64,000 nt of DNA from Squalus acanthias (Eukaryota), in NCBI GenBank assembly GCA_030390025.1, contig JASTWF010000418.1:124001-188000 (forward strand), in the 5' to 3' direction. The position numbers were made by a program, and so were the translations under genes. This document shows, piece after piece, positions 12,695-24,539 of this stretch (position 1 is its first letter; the number at the start of each line of letters is the position of its first letter). The notes below the pieces were generated by a model. That model was not told where the DNA came from, did not search any database, and worked only from the letters and a program-made list of their open reading frames with translations.

Positions 12695-13840
12695 TGTAGT
12701 GCTCCCTCAGTACTGCCCTCCGACAGTGCAGCGCTCCCTCAGTACTGACCCTCCGACAGTGCAGTGCTCCCTCAGTGCTGCCCCTCCAACTGTGCAGCGC
12801 TTCCTCAGTACTGCCCCTCCGACAGTGCGGCGCTCCTTCAGTGCTACCCCTCCAACAGTGCAGCACTCCCTCAGTACTGCCCCTCCGACAGTGCAGTGTT
12901 CCCTCAGTACAGACCCTCCGACAGTGCAGCACTCCCTCAGTACTGCCCCTCCAACTGTGCAGCGCTCCCTCAGTACTGCTCCTCCAACAGTGCAGCGCTC
13001 CCAGAGTACTGCCCCTCCGACAGTGCAGTGCTCCCTCAGTACTGACCCACCAACAGTCCAGCGCTCTCTCAGTACTGCCCCTCCGACAGTGCGGTGCTCC
13101 CTCAGTACTGCCCCTCCGACAGTGCAGTACTCCCTCAGTACCGCCCCTCCAACAGTGCGGTGCTCCCTCAGTACTGCCACTCCGACAGTGCGGCGCTCCC
13201 TCAGTACTGTCCCTCCGACAGTGCAGCGCTCCCTCAGTACTGCCTCTCTGACAGTGCAGCACTCCCTCTGTACCGCCCCTCCGACAGTGCGGTGCTCCCT
13301 CAGTACTGCCTCTCCGAGAGTGCGGCACTCCCTCAGTACAGCCCCTCCGACAGTGCGGCGCTACCTCAGTACTGCCCCACTGACAGTTCGGTGCTCCCAG
13401 AGTACTGCCCCTCCGACAGTGCAGTGCTCCCTCAGTACTGACCCTCCGACAGTCCAGCGCTCTCTCAGTACTGCCCCTCCGACAGTGCGGTGCTCCCTCA
13501 GTACTGCCCCTCCGACAGTGCAGCACTCCCTCAGTACCGCCCCTCCAACAGTGCGGTGCTCCCTCAGTACTGCCACTCCGACAGTGCGGCGCTCCCTCAG
13601 TACTGTCCCTCCGACAGTGCAGCGCTCCCTCAGTACTGCCTCTCTGACAGTGCAGCACTCCCTCTGTACCGCCCCTCCGACAGTGCGGTGCTCCCTCAGT
13701 ACTGCCTCTCCGAGAGTGCGGCACTCCCTCAGTACAGCCCCTCCGGCAGTGCGGCGCTACCTCAGTACTGCCACTGAGACAGTGCGGCGCTCCCTCAGTA
13801 CTGCCACTGAGACAGTGCGGCGCTCCCTCCGTACTGACCC
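12695..13840. repeat. 33-bp minisatellite (ctccctcagtactgcccctccgacagtgcggcg); shorter copy at about 54870-55295
   Basis: Direct reading; explains the repetitive ORFs here. Confidence 0.92.
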
Positions 13841-13879
13841 TCATTCCCTCTGACCCTCTCCTCCCCTCAGTCCCGCCAA

Positions 13880-16800
13880 CCGTTTCCACAGCCCTCTGGG
13901 GCAGAGAATTCCAAAGATTCACCACCCTCTGAGTGAAGAAATTCCTCCTCATCTCAGTCTAAAATGGCCGACCCCTTATCCTGAGACTATGCCCCCTAGT
14001 TCTGGACTCTCCAGCCAGGGGGAAACAACCTCTCAGCATCTACCCTGTCAATCCCCTTCAGAATCTTGTATGTTTCAATGAGATCACCTCTCATTCTTCT
14101 AAACTCCAGAGAGTATAGGCCCATTCTACACAATCTCTCATCATAGGACAGCCCTCTCATCCCAGGAATCAATCTAGTGAACCTTCGTTGCACTGCCTCC
14201 AAGGCAAGTATATCCTTCCTTAGATAAGGAGACCCAAACTGTGCACAGTACTCCAGGTGTGGTCTCACCAAGGCCCTGTACAATTGTAGCAAGACTTCCT
14301 TACTCTTATACGCCAACCCCCTTGCAATAAAGGCCAACATGCCATTTGCCTTCCTAATTGCTTGCTGTACCTGTATGCTAGCTTTCTGTGTTTCCTGTAT
14401 GAGTGAATACACCTGAATCTCTCTGAACACCAACATTTGAAAATTTCTCACCATTTAAAAAAATACAGTTTTTCTATTCATCCGACCAAATTGAATAACC
14501 TCACCTGTCCCCTCTGGTTCTTTTGTCAAATACCTTAAACCTGTGCTCTCTGGTGTCCGACCCTCCTGCCACTGGAAACAGTTTCTCCTTATTTCCTCCA
14601 TCAAAACCCTTGTTGATTTTGAACACCTCTATCAAATCTCCCCTTAACCTTCTCTGCTCTGAGGAGAACAACCCCAGCTTCTCCAGTCTCTCCACATATC
14701 TGAAATCATTCTTCCCTGGGACGCTCCCAGTAAATTTCCACTGCACCCTCTCTGGAATTTTTTGAGGCTGTAACTGGTAGAATAGATAAGGGAGAACCAG
14801 TAGATGTGGTGTATTTGGACTTTCAGAAGGCTTTCGATAAGGTCCCGCATAAGAGATTAGCGTGTAAAGCTAAGGCACATGGGATTGGGGGTAAGGTACT
14901 GACTTGGATAGAGAACTGGTTGGCAGACAGGAAGCAAAGAGTTGGAATAAACGGGTCTTTTTCCGAGTGGCAGGCAGTGACTAGTGGGGTACCGCAGGGA
15001 TCGGTGCTAGGACCCCAGCTATTCACAATATATATTAATGATCTAGACGAGGGGACTAGATATAATATCTCTAAGTTTGCAGACGACACAATGGGTGAAA
15101 CTAGAACTAGGGGGCATAGTCTTAGAATAAGGGGCTGCTCTTTCAAAACTGAGATGAGAAGGAACTACTTCACTCAGAGGGTGGTAGGTCCATGGAATAT
15201 GCTGCCCCAAAAAGCTGTAGAAGCTACATCATTACATAAATTTAAAACAGAAATAGACAGTTTCCTAGAAGTAAAGGGAATTAAGGGTTACGGGATGCGG
15301 GCAGGAATTTGGACATGAGTCTAGGTTCGGATCGGTCATGGCCCTGTGGGTAGCTTAGCGGGCCCAGGGGCCGTGTAGCCTGATCCTGCTCCTATTTCGT
15401 GTGTCCAATTCTGTTAGGTTCAGGAGATGGTTCTGTGATAGTAGATTGGCGGTTAGGATCAGATCAGCCATGATCTTATTGAATGGCGGAGCAGGCTCGA
15501 GGGGCCAATTTGCCTACTCCTGCTCCTATTTCTTATGTTCTTATGTTCTTATTAAAGCTGGGTGGGCGTGTGTGCTGTGAGGAGGATGCAGAGAAACTCC
15601 AGTATGATTTGGACAGGTTGGGTAATTGGACAGATGCATGGCAGATGCAGTATAATGTGGATAAATGCGAGGTTATCCACTTTGGTGGCAAAAACAGGAA
15701 GACAGATTATTATCTGAATGGCAATAGATTGGGAAAAGGGGAAGTGCAACGAGACCTGGGAGTCCTTGTGCACCAGTCACTGAAGGTAAGCATGCAGGTG
15801 CAGCAGGCGGTTAAGAAGGCAAATGGTATGTTGGCCTTCATAGTGAGAGGATTCGAGTACAGGAGCAAGGATGTCTTGCTGCAGTTGTACAAGGCCTTGG
15901 TGAGACAACACCTTGAGTATTGTGTGCAATTTTGGTCGCCTTATCTGAGGAAGGATGTTCTTGCCATGGAGGGAGTTCAGCAAAGATTCACCAGACTGAT
16001 ACCTGGGATGGCAGGAATGACGTATGAAGAGAGATTGGGTCGATTAGGCTTATATTCGCTAGAGTTTCGAAGAATGAGAGGGGATCTCATTGAAACTTAG
16101 AAAATTCTAACAGGACTAGACAGAGCAGATGCAGGAAGGATGTTCCCGATGGCGGGGGAGTCCAAAACCAGAGGCCACAGTCTAAGGACAAGGGGTAAGC
16201 CATTTAGAACTGAGATGAGGAGGAATTTCTTCACCCAGAGAGTGGTGAACCTGTGGAATTCTCTACCACAGAAGGCAGTTGAGGCCAATTCATTAAATAT
16301 ATTCAAGAAGGAGTTAGATATATTTCTTAAGGCTAAAGGGATCAAGGGATATGGGGAGAAGGCAGGGACAGGGTACTGAGTTTGGATGATCAGCCATGAT
16401 CTCATCGAATGGCGGAGCAGGCTCGAGGGGCCGAATGGCCTACTCCTGCTCCTATCTTCTATGTTTCTATGTTTCTGCCCAGAATTGGACTCAGTGCTCC
16501 AGTTGGGGCCTAACCAGTGATTTGTAAAGGTTCAGCATAACTTCCTTGCTTTTGTACTCTCCGCATCTATTAATAGACCCAAGGATCCTGTATACATTTT
16601 TAACAACCTTCTCAAATAGTCCTCCCATCTTCAAAGACTTGTGTACGTACACGCCCAAGGTCTCTCTCTTCCTGCACACTCTTTGAAATTGTATCATTTA
16701 GTTTATATTGCCTCTCGATTCTTCCGACCAAAATGTATCACTTCGCACTTCTCTGCGTTAAACTTCATCTGCCATGTGTCTGCCCATTCCACCAGCCTGT

Positions 16801-17622
16801 CTCTGGCCCCCTGAAGTCTGCTACTATCCTCCTCACTGTTGACTACATTTCCGAGTTTTGTATCATCTACAAACTTGGAAATGATGCCCTGTAGACCCAA
16901 GTCTAGGTCATTAATATATATCAAAAAGAGCAGTGGTCCTAATACTGACCCCATGGGGGGACACCACTGTATACTTCCCTCCAGTCTCAAAAAACAACCG
17001 TTCACCACAACTCTCTGCTTTCTGTCTCTTAGCCAATGTTGTTATCCATGTAGACACTGTCCCTTTAATCAGAGAGTTTTTACTTTTTTCGACTCTTAGG
17101 CGCAAGAATTGTAAGTGTTTTCTGCGGGCGGAAGGTCTCCAAAAAACGGAACTCTCCACCTGCAGAGCCCCAACTCCCGGGCAGGCGGAGGATCTGTCAA
17201 GAGCTTTCTTGATAGATGGGAAATGCCGGTTTCCAGCGCCTGTGCAGTGCATGCCTAAAACCGGCATTTCTGTTGGCCCTACGGGTGAGTACACAGCGCG
17301 TACACACCCGTAGGGAACGAAATTTCTGCCCCAATATCTCTCTGCAGCCTCTTTGCGTCCTCCTCACAGCTTACTTTCCATCCTAACTTTGTATCATCAG
17401 CTAACTTGGATACGTTACATTCAGTCCCTTCATCTAAGTCATTAATATAGATTATAAATAGCTGAGGCCCAAGCACTGATCCTTGCGGGACCTCACTCGT
17501 TACAGCCTGCCAACCTGAAAAAGTCCCGTTTATTCCTACTCTCTGTTTTCTGTCCGTTAACCAATCCTCTATCCATGGTAATATAATACCCCCAATCCCA
17601 TGAGTCCTAATTTTGTGCATAA
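13880..17622. mobile_element. Cluster of nested and fragmented CR1 pieces in both orientations
   Basis: Several partial RT ORFs: 13996-14454 (-), 14501-14746 (-), 14806-15318 (+), 15483-16379 (+), 16491-17008 (-), 17279-17677 (-). Confidence 0.85.
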
Positions 17623-17889
17623 TAGATAGGCGGCAGGAGGTTTTGGTGAGGACGATTGGGTATAAATCAAAGATCACAGGAACATGGGCAGTAGGAAGCA
17701 GTTTAATGGGTTATCAGTTGCAGGAATAGCGCACAGATTGTTAATGTCGGGAACTGGTCATAGGAGGGAGTTTAATGGGATAATATCTGGGATTGGCACT
17801 GGGTTAGGGGTGGGATTGGGTGAGTGAGATGGTGGGTGGGTGAGATGGTGGGTGGGTGGGTGAGATGGTGGGTGGGTGAGATGGTGGGT

Positions 17890-18535
17890 GGGCGAGTTCG
17901 ATGCCGGGTGGGTCAGTTCGATGCCGGGTGGGTGAGTTCGATGCCGGGTGGGTGAGTTCGATGCCGGGTGGGTGAGTTCGATGCCGGGTGGGTCAGTTCG
18001 ATGCCGGGTGGGTGAGTTCGATGCCGGGTGGGTGAGTTCGATGCCGGGTGGGTGAGTTCGATGCCGGGTGGGTGAGTTCGATGCCGGGTGGGTGAGTTCG
18101 ATGCCGGGTGGGTGAGTTCGATGCCGGGTGGGTCAGTTCGATGCCGGGTGGGTCAGTTCGATGCCGGGTGGGTGAGTTCGATGCCGGGTGGGTGAGTTCG
18201 ATGCCGGGTGGGTGAGTTCGATGCCGGGTGGGTGAGTTCGATGCCGGGTGGGTGAGTTCGATGCCGGGTGGGTGAGTTCGATGCCGTGTGGGTGAGTTCG
18301 ATGCCGGGTGGGTGAGTTCGATGCCGGGTGAGTGAGTTCGATGCCGGGTGGGTGAGTTTGATGCCGGGTGGGTGAGTTCGATGCCGGGTGGGTGAGTTCG
18401 ATGCCGGGTGGGTGGGTGAGATGGTGGGTGGGTGAGTTCGATGCCGGGTGGGTGAGTTCGATGCCGGGTGGGTGAGTTCGATGCCGGGTGGGTCAGTTCG
18501 ATGCCGGGTGGGTGAGTTTGATGCCGGGTGGGTGA
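17890..18535. repeat. 20-bp minisatellite (GGGTGAGTTCGATGCCGGGT)n, about 31 units
   Basis: Direct reading. Confidence 0.95.
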
Positions 18536-18825
18536 GTTATGTTACAAGGATAGGTTTAATGATCCGAAAAGTCTATTGTTCAAGCAGCTTCCTACTCCAT
18601 TGATCTCACAGGCAGTAATGAGCAGTGGAGGATGCTGGATCTGTCGAGAATGTTCAGCCGATGTGTATCCGGGATTTGCTGAAATCTCGTCCTTAATACG
18701 TCACGTGACCTGTTCACTGAAATGAAAAGAAATGAGTTTCAAAATGAGCCGGAGACCTGAACAGGTAAAAGTGTCGCTAAAACCACCAGCGATCTTCCTA
18801 CTGATTGCAATTCAAGCAGTGTGTC

Positions 18826-19500
18826 GACACACCAACCTCACACCAGGCATGTACAGGTGTGTGTTACACACCAACCTCACACCAGGCACGTACAGGTGTG
18901 TGTTACACACCGTGCGCACACCAGGCATGTACAGGTGTGTGTTACACACCGAGCTCACACCAGGCATGTACAGGTGTGTGTTACACACCAACCTCACACC
19001 AGGCATGTACATGTGTGTGTTACACACCGTGCGCACACCAGGCATGTACAGGTGTGTGTTACACACCAACCTCACACCAGGCACGTACAGGTGTGTGTTA
19101 CACACCGACCTCACACCAGGCATGTACAGGTGTTTGTTACACACCGAGCTCACACCAGGCATGTACAGGTGTGTGTTACACACCAACCTCACACCAGGCA
19201 TGTACAGGTGTGTGTTACACACCGAGCTCACACCAGGCATGTACAGGTGTGTGTTACACACCAACCTCACACCTGGCACGTACAGGTGTGTGTTACACAC
19301 CGACCTCACACCAGGCATGTACAGGTGTGTGTTACACACCAACCTCACACCAGGCATGTACAGGTGTGTGTTACACACCGTGCTCACACCAGGCATGTAC
19401 AGGTGTGTGTTACACACCGTGCTCACACCAGGCATGTACAGGTGTGTGTTACACACTAACCTCACACCAGGCATGTACAGGTGTGTGTTACACACCGAGC
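18826..19500. repeat. 39-bp minisatellite with CAGGTG and an internal palindrome GGTGTGT-gtt-ACACACC
   Basis: Direct reading, about 17 units. Confidence 0.93.
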
Positions 19501-19537
19501 TCGCAACACAACGAGCTCACGCCAGGCATGCGTGCTC

Positions 19538-21445
19538 CCACAGTGCTGTTCGGGAGGGATTTCCAGGATTTTGACCCAGCGACGATGAAGGATCGGCGAT
19601 ATATTTCTAAGTCAGGATGGTGTGTGACTTGGAGGGGAACTTGGAGGTGGTCGTGTTCCCATGCGCCTGCTGCCCTTGTCCTTCTAGGTGGTAGAGGTCG
19701 TGGGTTTGGGAGGTGCTGCCGAAGAAGCCTTGGCGAGTTGCTGCAGTGCATCTTGTAGATGGTACACACTGCAGCCACGGTGCGCCGGTGGTGGAGGGAG
19801 TGAATGTTTAAGGGGGTGGATGGGGTGCCAATCAAGCGGGCTGCTTTGTCCTGGATGGTGTCGAGCTTCTTGAGTGTTGTTGGAGCTGCACTCATCCAGG
19901 CAAGTGGAGAGTATTCAATCACACTCCTGCCTTGTGCCTTGTAGATGGTGGAAAGGCTTTGGGGAGTCAGGAGGTGAGACACTCGCCGCAGAATGTATAT
20001 TTGGATTTCCAAAAGGCATTCGATAAGGTGCCACATCAAAGGTTATTACACAAGATTAGGGCTCATGGGGTTGGGGGTAATATAGTAGCATGGATAGAGG
20101 ATTGGTTAACGGACAGAAAACAGAGAGTAGGGATAAACGGATCTTTTTCAGGTTGGCAGGCTGTAACTAGTGGATCAGTGCTTGGGCCTCAGCTATTTAC
20201 AATCTATATTAATGACCTAGATGAAGGGACCGAGTGTAATGTATCCAAGTTTGCTGATGATATAAAGCTAGGTGGGACAGTGAGCTGTGAGGAGAACACA
20301 AAGAGTCTAAAAGGGATATAGATAGACTGAGTGAGTGGGCAGTAAGGTGGCAGATGGAGTATAATGTAGGGAAATGTGAGGTTATTCACTTTGGTAGGAA
20401 GAATAGAAAAACAGAATATTTTTTAAATGGTGAGAAACTTTCAAATGTTGGTGTTCAGAGGGATTTGGATGTCCTTGTGCAAGAAACACAGAAAGCTAGC
20501 ATTGCAGGTACAGCAAGCAATAAGGAAGGCAAATGGCATGTTGGCCTTTATTGCAAGGAGGTTGGAGTACAAGAGTAAGGAAGTCTTGCTACAATTGTAC
20601 AGGGCCTTGGTGAGACCACACCTGGAGTACTGGGCACTGTTCTGTTCTCCTTATCTAAGGAAGGATATACTTGCCTTGGAGGCGGTGCAACGAAGGTTCA
20701 CTAGATTGATTCCTGGGATGAGAGGGCTGTCCTATGATGAGAGATTGAGTAGAATGGGCCGATACTCTCTGGAGTTTAGAAGAATGAGAGGTGATCTCAT
20801 TGAAACATACAAGATTCTGAGGGGGATTGACAGGGTAGATGCTGAGAGGTTGTTTCCCCTGGCTGGAGTGTCTAGAACTAGGGGGCATAGTCTCAGGATA
20901 AGGGGTCGGCCATTTAAGACTGAGATGAGGAGGAATTTCTTCACTCAGAGGATTGTGAATCTTTGGAATTCTCTGCCCCAGAGGGCTGTGGATGCTGAGT
21001 CTTTGAGTATATTCAAGGCTGAGATAGATAGATTTCTGGACTCTCGGGGAATCAAGGGATATGGAGATCGGGCGGGAAAGTGGAGTTGAGGTCGATGATC
21101 AGCCATGATCTTATTGAATGGCTCGAGGGGCCGTATGGCCGACTCCTGCTCCTATTTCTTATGTTCTTATGTTCTTAGAATACCCAGCCTCTGACCTGCA
21201 CTTGTAGCCACAGTATTTATGCAGCTGGTCCAGTTAAGTTTCTGGTCAATGGAGCCCCCTAGGATGTTGATGGTGGGGGATTCGGCGATGGTAATGCTTT
21301 TGAATGTCAAGGGGCGGTGGCTAGATTCTCTCTTGTTGGAGATGGTCATTGGCTGGCACATGTGGGGCACATATGTTACTTATCACTGATCAGCCCAGGC
21401 CTGGATGTTATTCAGCTCTTGCTGCATGTGGGCATGGACTGCACC
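19538..21445. mobile_element. Minus-strand CR1-group fragment interrupted by a plus-strand CR1 (about 19994-21175)
   Basis: The minus-strand element breaks at cgccgcagaat (19993) and resumes at agaatacccagcc (about 21177). The inner element has RT motifs and a (TTCTTATG)n tail. Confidence 0.85.
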
Positions 21446-21510
21446 AACATTAAGAGGTATAGCACCAGGAGTCGGACCAGCAGATGTGGAGCAGGACTCA
21501 CTCTACTGAA

Positions 21511-22895
21511 CAGTAGTGTCCCCACTGAGCACTGTAGATACCAGCAGAGGGCACCCCACATCACCCAAACTGTTCACAGCAATGTCCCCACTGAGCACTG
21601 TAGACACCAGCAGAGGGCCCCCTACAGCACCAAATCCCGACAGCACCAAAACCATTCACAGCAGTGTCCCCACTGAAAGCTGTAGACACCAGCAGAGGGC
21701 ACCCCACATCAACCAAACCATTCACAGCAGTGTCCCCACTGAACACTGTAGACACCAGCAGAGGGCGCCCTACATCACCCAAACTATTCACAGCAGTGTC
21801 CCCATTGAACACTGTAGACACCAGCAGAGGGCACCCTACATCACCCAAACAGTTCACAGCAGTGTTCCCATTGAACACTGTAGACACCAGCAGAGGGTAC
21901 CCTACATCACCCAAACTATTCACAGCAGTGTCCCCACTGAACACTGTAGACACCAGCAGAGGGCACCCCACATCACCCTGACTATTCACAGCAGTGTCCC
22001 CATTGAACACTGTAGACACCAGCAGAGGGCACCCTACATCACCCTGACTATTCACAGCAGTGTCCCCACTGAACACTGTAGACACCAGCAGAGGGCGCCC
22101 TACATCACCCAAACTGTTCACAGCAGTGTCCCCACTGAACACTGTAGACACCAGCAGAGGGCACCCCACATCACCCTGACTAATAACAGCAGTGTCCCCA
22201 CTGGACACTGTAGACACCAGCAGAGGGCACCCTACATCACCCAAACTGTTCATAGCAGTGTCCCCACTGGACACTGTAGACACCAGCAGATGGCGGCCTA
22301 CATCACCCAAACTCTTCACAGCAGTGTCCCCACTGAACACTGTAGACACCAGCAGAGGGCGCCCTACATCACCCTGACTATTCACAGCAGTGTCCCCATT
22401 GAACACTGTAGACACCAGCAGAGGGCACCCTACATCACCCAAACTATTCACAGCAGTGTCCCCACTGAACACTGTAGACACCAGCAGAGGGCACCCTACA
22501 TCACCCTGACTATTCACAGTAGTGTCCCCATTGAACAGTGTAGACACCAGCAGAGGGCACCCTACATCACCCAAACCATTCACAGCAGTGTCCCCACTGA
22601 ACACTGTAGACACCAGCAGAGTGCGCCCTACCTCACCATTACTATTCACAGCAATGTCCCCATTGAACACTGTAGACACCAGCAGAGGGCACCCCACATC
22701 ACCCTGACTATTCACAGCAGTGTCCCCATTGAACACTGTAGACACCAGCAGAGGGCACCCTACACCACCCTGACTATTCACAGCAGTGTCCCCACTGAAC
22801 ACTGTAGACACCAGCAGAGGGCGCCCTACATCACCCAAACTGTTCACAGCAGTGTCCCCATTGAACACCATAGACACCAGCAGAGGGCACCCTCC
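21511..22895 (+). repeat. 66-bp tandem repeat, about 21 units, each with a CTCF-core-like motif CCAGCAGAGGGC(A/G)C
   Basis: Unit approx. ttcacagcagtgtccccactgaacactgtagacaccagcagagggcgccctacatcacccaaacta. By my count 18 of 21 units match CCASYAGRKGGCRS exactly. Confidence 0.9.
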
Positions 22896-22964
22896 AGCAC
22901 CCAATTCAATCTTTGCACAAAACCTGTGATGGTGTGAGACTCGCCCCCTTCTGTTCTGCTGGTT

Positions 22965-23250
22965 AGAGAGACTCAGAGCCTCCCTTTCTCCTGGTCTGAG
23001 TCTCGGCCCCTCCCTTTCTGCTGGTCTTAGACTCGGCCCCTCTCTTTCTCCTGGTCAGTGAGACTCGGCCCCTCCCTTTCTGATGGTCAGTGAGTCTCGG
23101 CCCCTCCCTTTCTGATGGTCAGTGAGACTCGGCCCCTCCCTTTCTGATGGTCAGTGAGTCTCGGCCCCTCCCTTTCTGATGGTCAGTGAGTCTCGGCCCC
23201 TCCCTTTCTGCTGGTGTGAGTCTCGGCCCCTCCCTTTCTGCTGGTCTGAG
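22965..23250. repeat. ~31-33-bp minisatellite in the presumed 3' UTR
   Basis: Repeats of gagtctcggcccctccctttctgatggtcagt just downstream of the stop codon. Confidence 0.8.
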
Positions 23251-23270
23251 CTGGACATTGAAATCCGAAG

Positions 23271-23356
23271 CTACCTCTTCTGATCCAGCGATGGGATGGT
23301 CTCCATTTGAAGTTCACCCTGTGGCCAGAGACTGTTTCTCTGCATTCGGTAACTGC
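23271..23356 (-). CDS. Copy B terminal cytoplasmic exon (S/G-SYRMQRNSLWPQGELQMETIPSLDQKR*)
   Basis: Strong acceptor tttttcctcttctcttccctcacctgcAG. Phase-1 reading gives 28 residues, then TAG at 23273-23271. Confidence 0.7.
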
Positions 23357-23436
23357 CTGCAGGTGAGGGAAGAGAAGAGGAAAAATATCGGCTTCAGTTT
23401 ATCAGGAAAATCACACTGAGATCAGTCCCAATGGCC

Positions 23437-23985
23437 TTGATCTACCTGTCTGTGTACCTGGTGTCAGATCCACCTGTCTGTGTACCTGGGGACTGATCCA
23501 CCTGTCTGTGTACCTGGGGACTGATCCACCTGTCTGTGTACCTGGGCTCTGATCCACCTGTCTGTGTACCTGGGCTCTGATCCACCTGTCTGTGTACCTG
23601 AGGTCTGATCCACCTGTCTGTGTACCTGGGGTCAGATCCACCTGTCTGTGTACCTGGGGTCAGATCCACCTGTCTGTGTACCTGGGCTCTGATCCACCTG
23701 TCTGTGTACCTGGGGACTGATCCACCTGTCTGTGTACCTGGGGTCAGATCCACCTGTCTGTGTACCTGGGCTCTGATCCACCTGTCTGTGTACCTGAGGT
23801 CTGATCCACCTGTCTGTGTACCTGGGGTCAGATCCACCTGTCTGTGTACCTGGGGTCAGATCTACCTGTCTGTGTACCTGGGCTCTGATCCACCTGTCTG
23901 TGTACCTGGGGTCTGATCCACCTGTCTGTGTACCTGGGGTCAGATCTACCTGTCTGTGTACCTGGGGTCAGACCTACCTGTCTGT
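23437..23985. repeat. 28-bp minisatellite (gatccacctgtctgtgtacctggggtca) in the last intron
   Basis: Direct reading, about 19 units. Confidence 0.93.
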
Positions 23986-24017
23986 CTGTGTGTTCTTTGT
24001 GAGATAAGACCACTCAC

Positions 24018-24041
24018 TGTAATTACCGGACTGTAGTCGGA
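24018..24041 (-). CDS. Copy B candidate cytoplasmic mini-exon (VRLQSGNY)
   Basis: 24 nt, frame-preserving, with a strong donor A|GTGAGT. The acceptor (ttagcAG, or ttAG 3 nt upstream) has a weak pyrimidine tract and the upstream intron is only about 67 nt. Confidence 0.5.
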
Positions 24042-24108
24042 CTGCTAATTGCACAGTGATTTCCTCTAGTTCATTCCCGTTACACCCCCTCACACACTCC
24101 GAACCTAC

Positions 24109-24246
24109 CCTTTCTCTTCTGCCTGCAAGTCCTGATGCTGTGGGAAACGCTCAGGATGATGACTGTGTAGACGATCAGCCCGCAGACCGCGAGGAGAATC
24201 CAGAGCCAGGCCCAGTCCCCGAGCTCTCCCCTCAATATCGAGGGCC
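24109..24246 (-). CDS. Copy B transmembrane exon
   Basis: Acceptor ctgcttccccacAG, 138 nt, phase 1-1. GPSILRGELGD-WAWLWILLAVCGLIVYTVIILSV-SHSIRTCRQKRK: a hydrophobic helix followed by a basic stop-transfer cluster. Confidence 0.85.
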
Positions 24247-24539
24247 CTGTGGGGAAGCAGAGGTTGAGAGGTGAGCGTGCTCCACATCTTGAAACCCCCT
24301 TAACATTCAGCAATCTGCTCAGGGTTATCTGGAGCGCAGAGTGGGGAGTTATTCAGCCGTGGGAGGGCGGAGATGGTTGGACCCCCCCCCCACCGCCCCC
24401 TCTTTTCAGAGGAGTGGGTGGGAGGAACATTCACCTCGTCAGCCCGTGGCCAACACACGGGCGAGATGTGGCTCGGGGGCCTGGGTCGGTGCTGAAAGAC
24501 ACTGAAAATAGCCCACCAGAAATCTTCAGGAGCCAGTAA

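Larger units (their letters stand above)
1..17583. repeat. Segmental duplication, copy A (homologous to about 39846-63246)
   Basis: Position 1 aligns to 39846 (offset 39845). Exons, minisatellites and transposon fragments occur in the same order. Confidence 0.95.

Noticed and set aside
21511-22895. CRISPR-like regularly spaced repeat
   Set aside because: Units are contiguous with no unique spacers, the context is vertebrate, and there are no cas genes.
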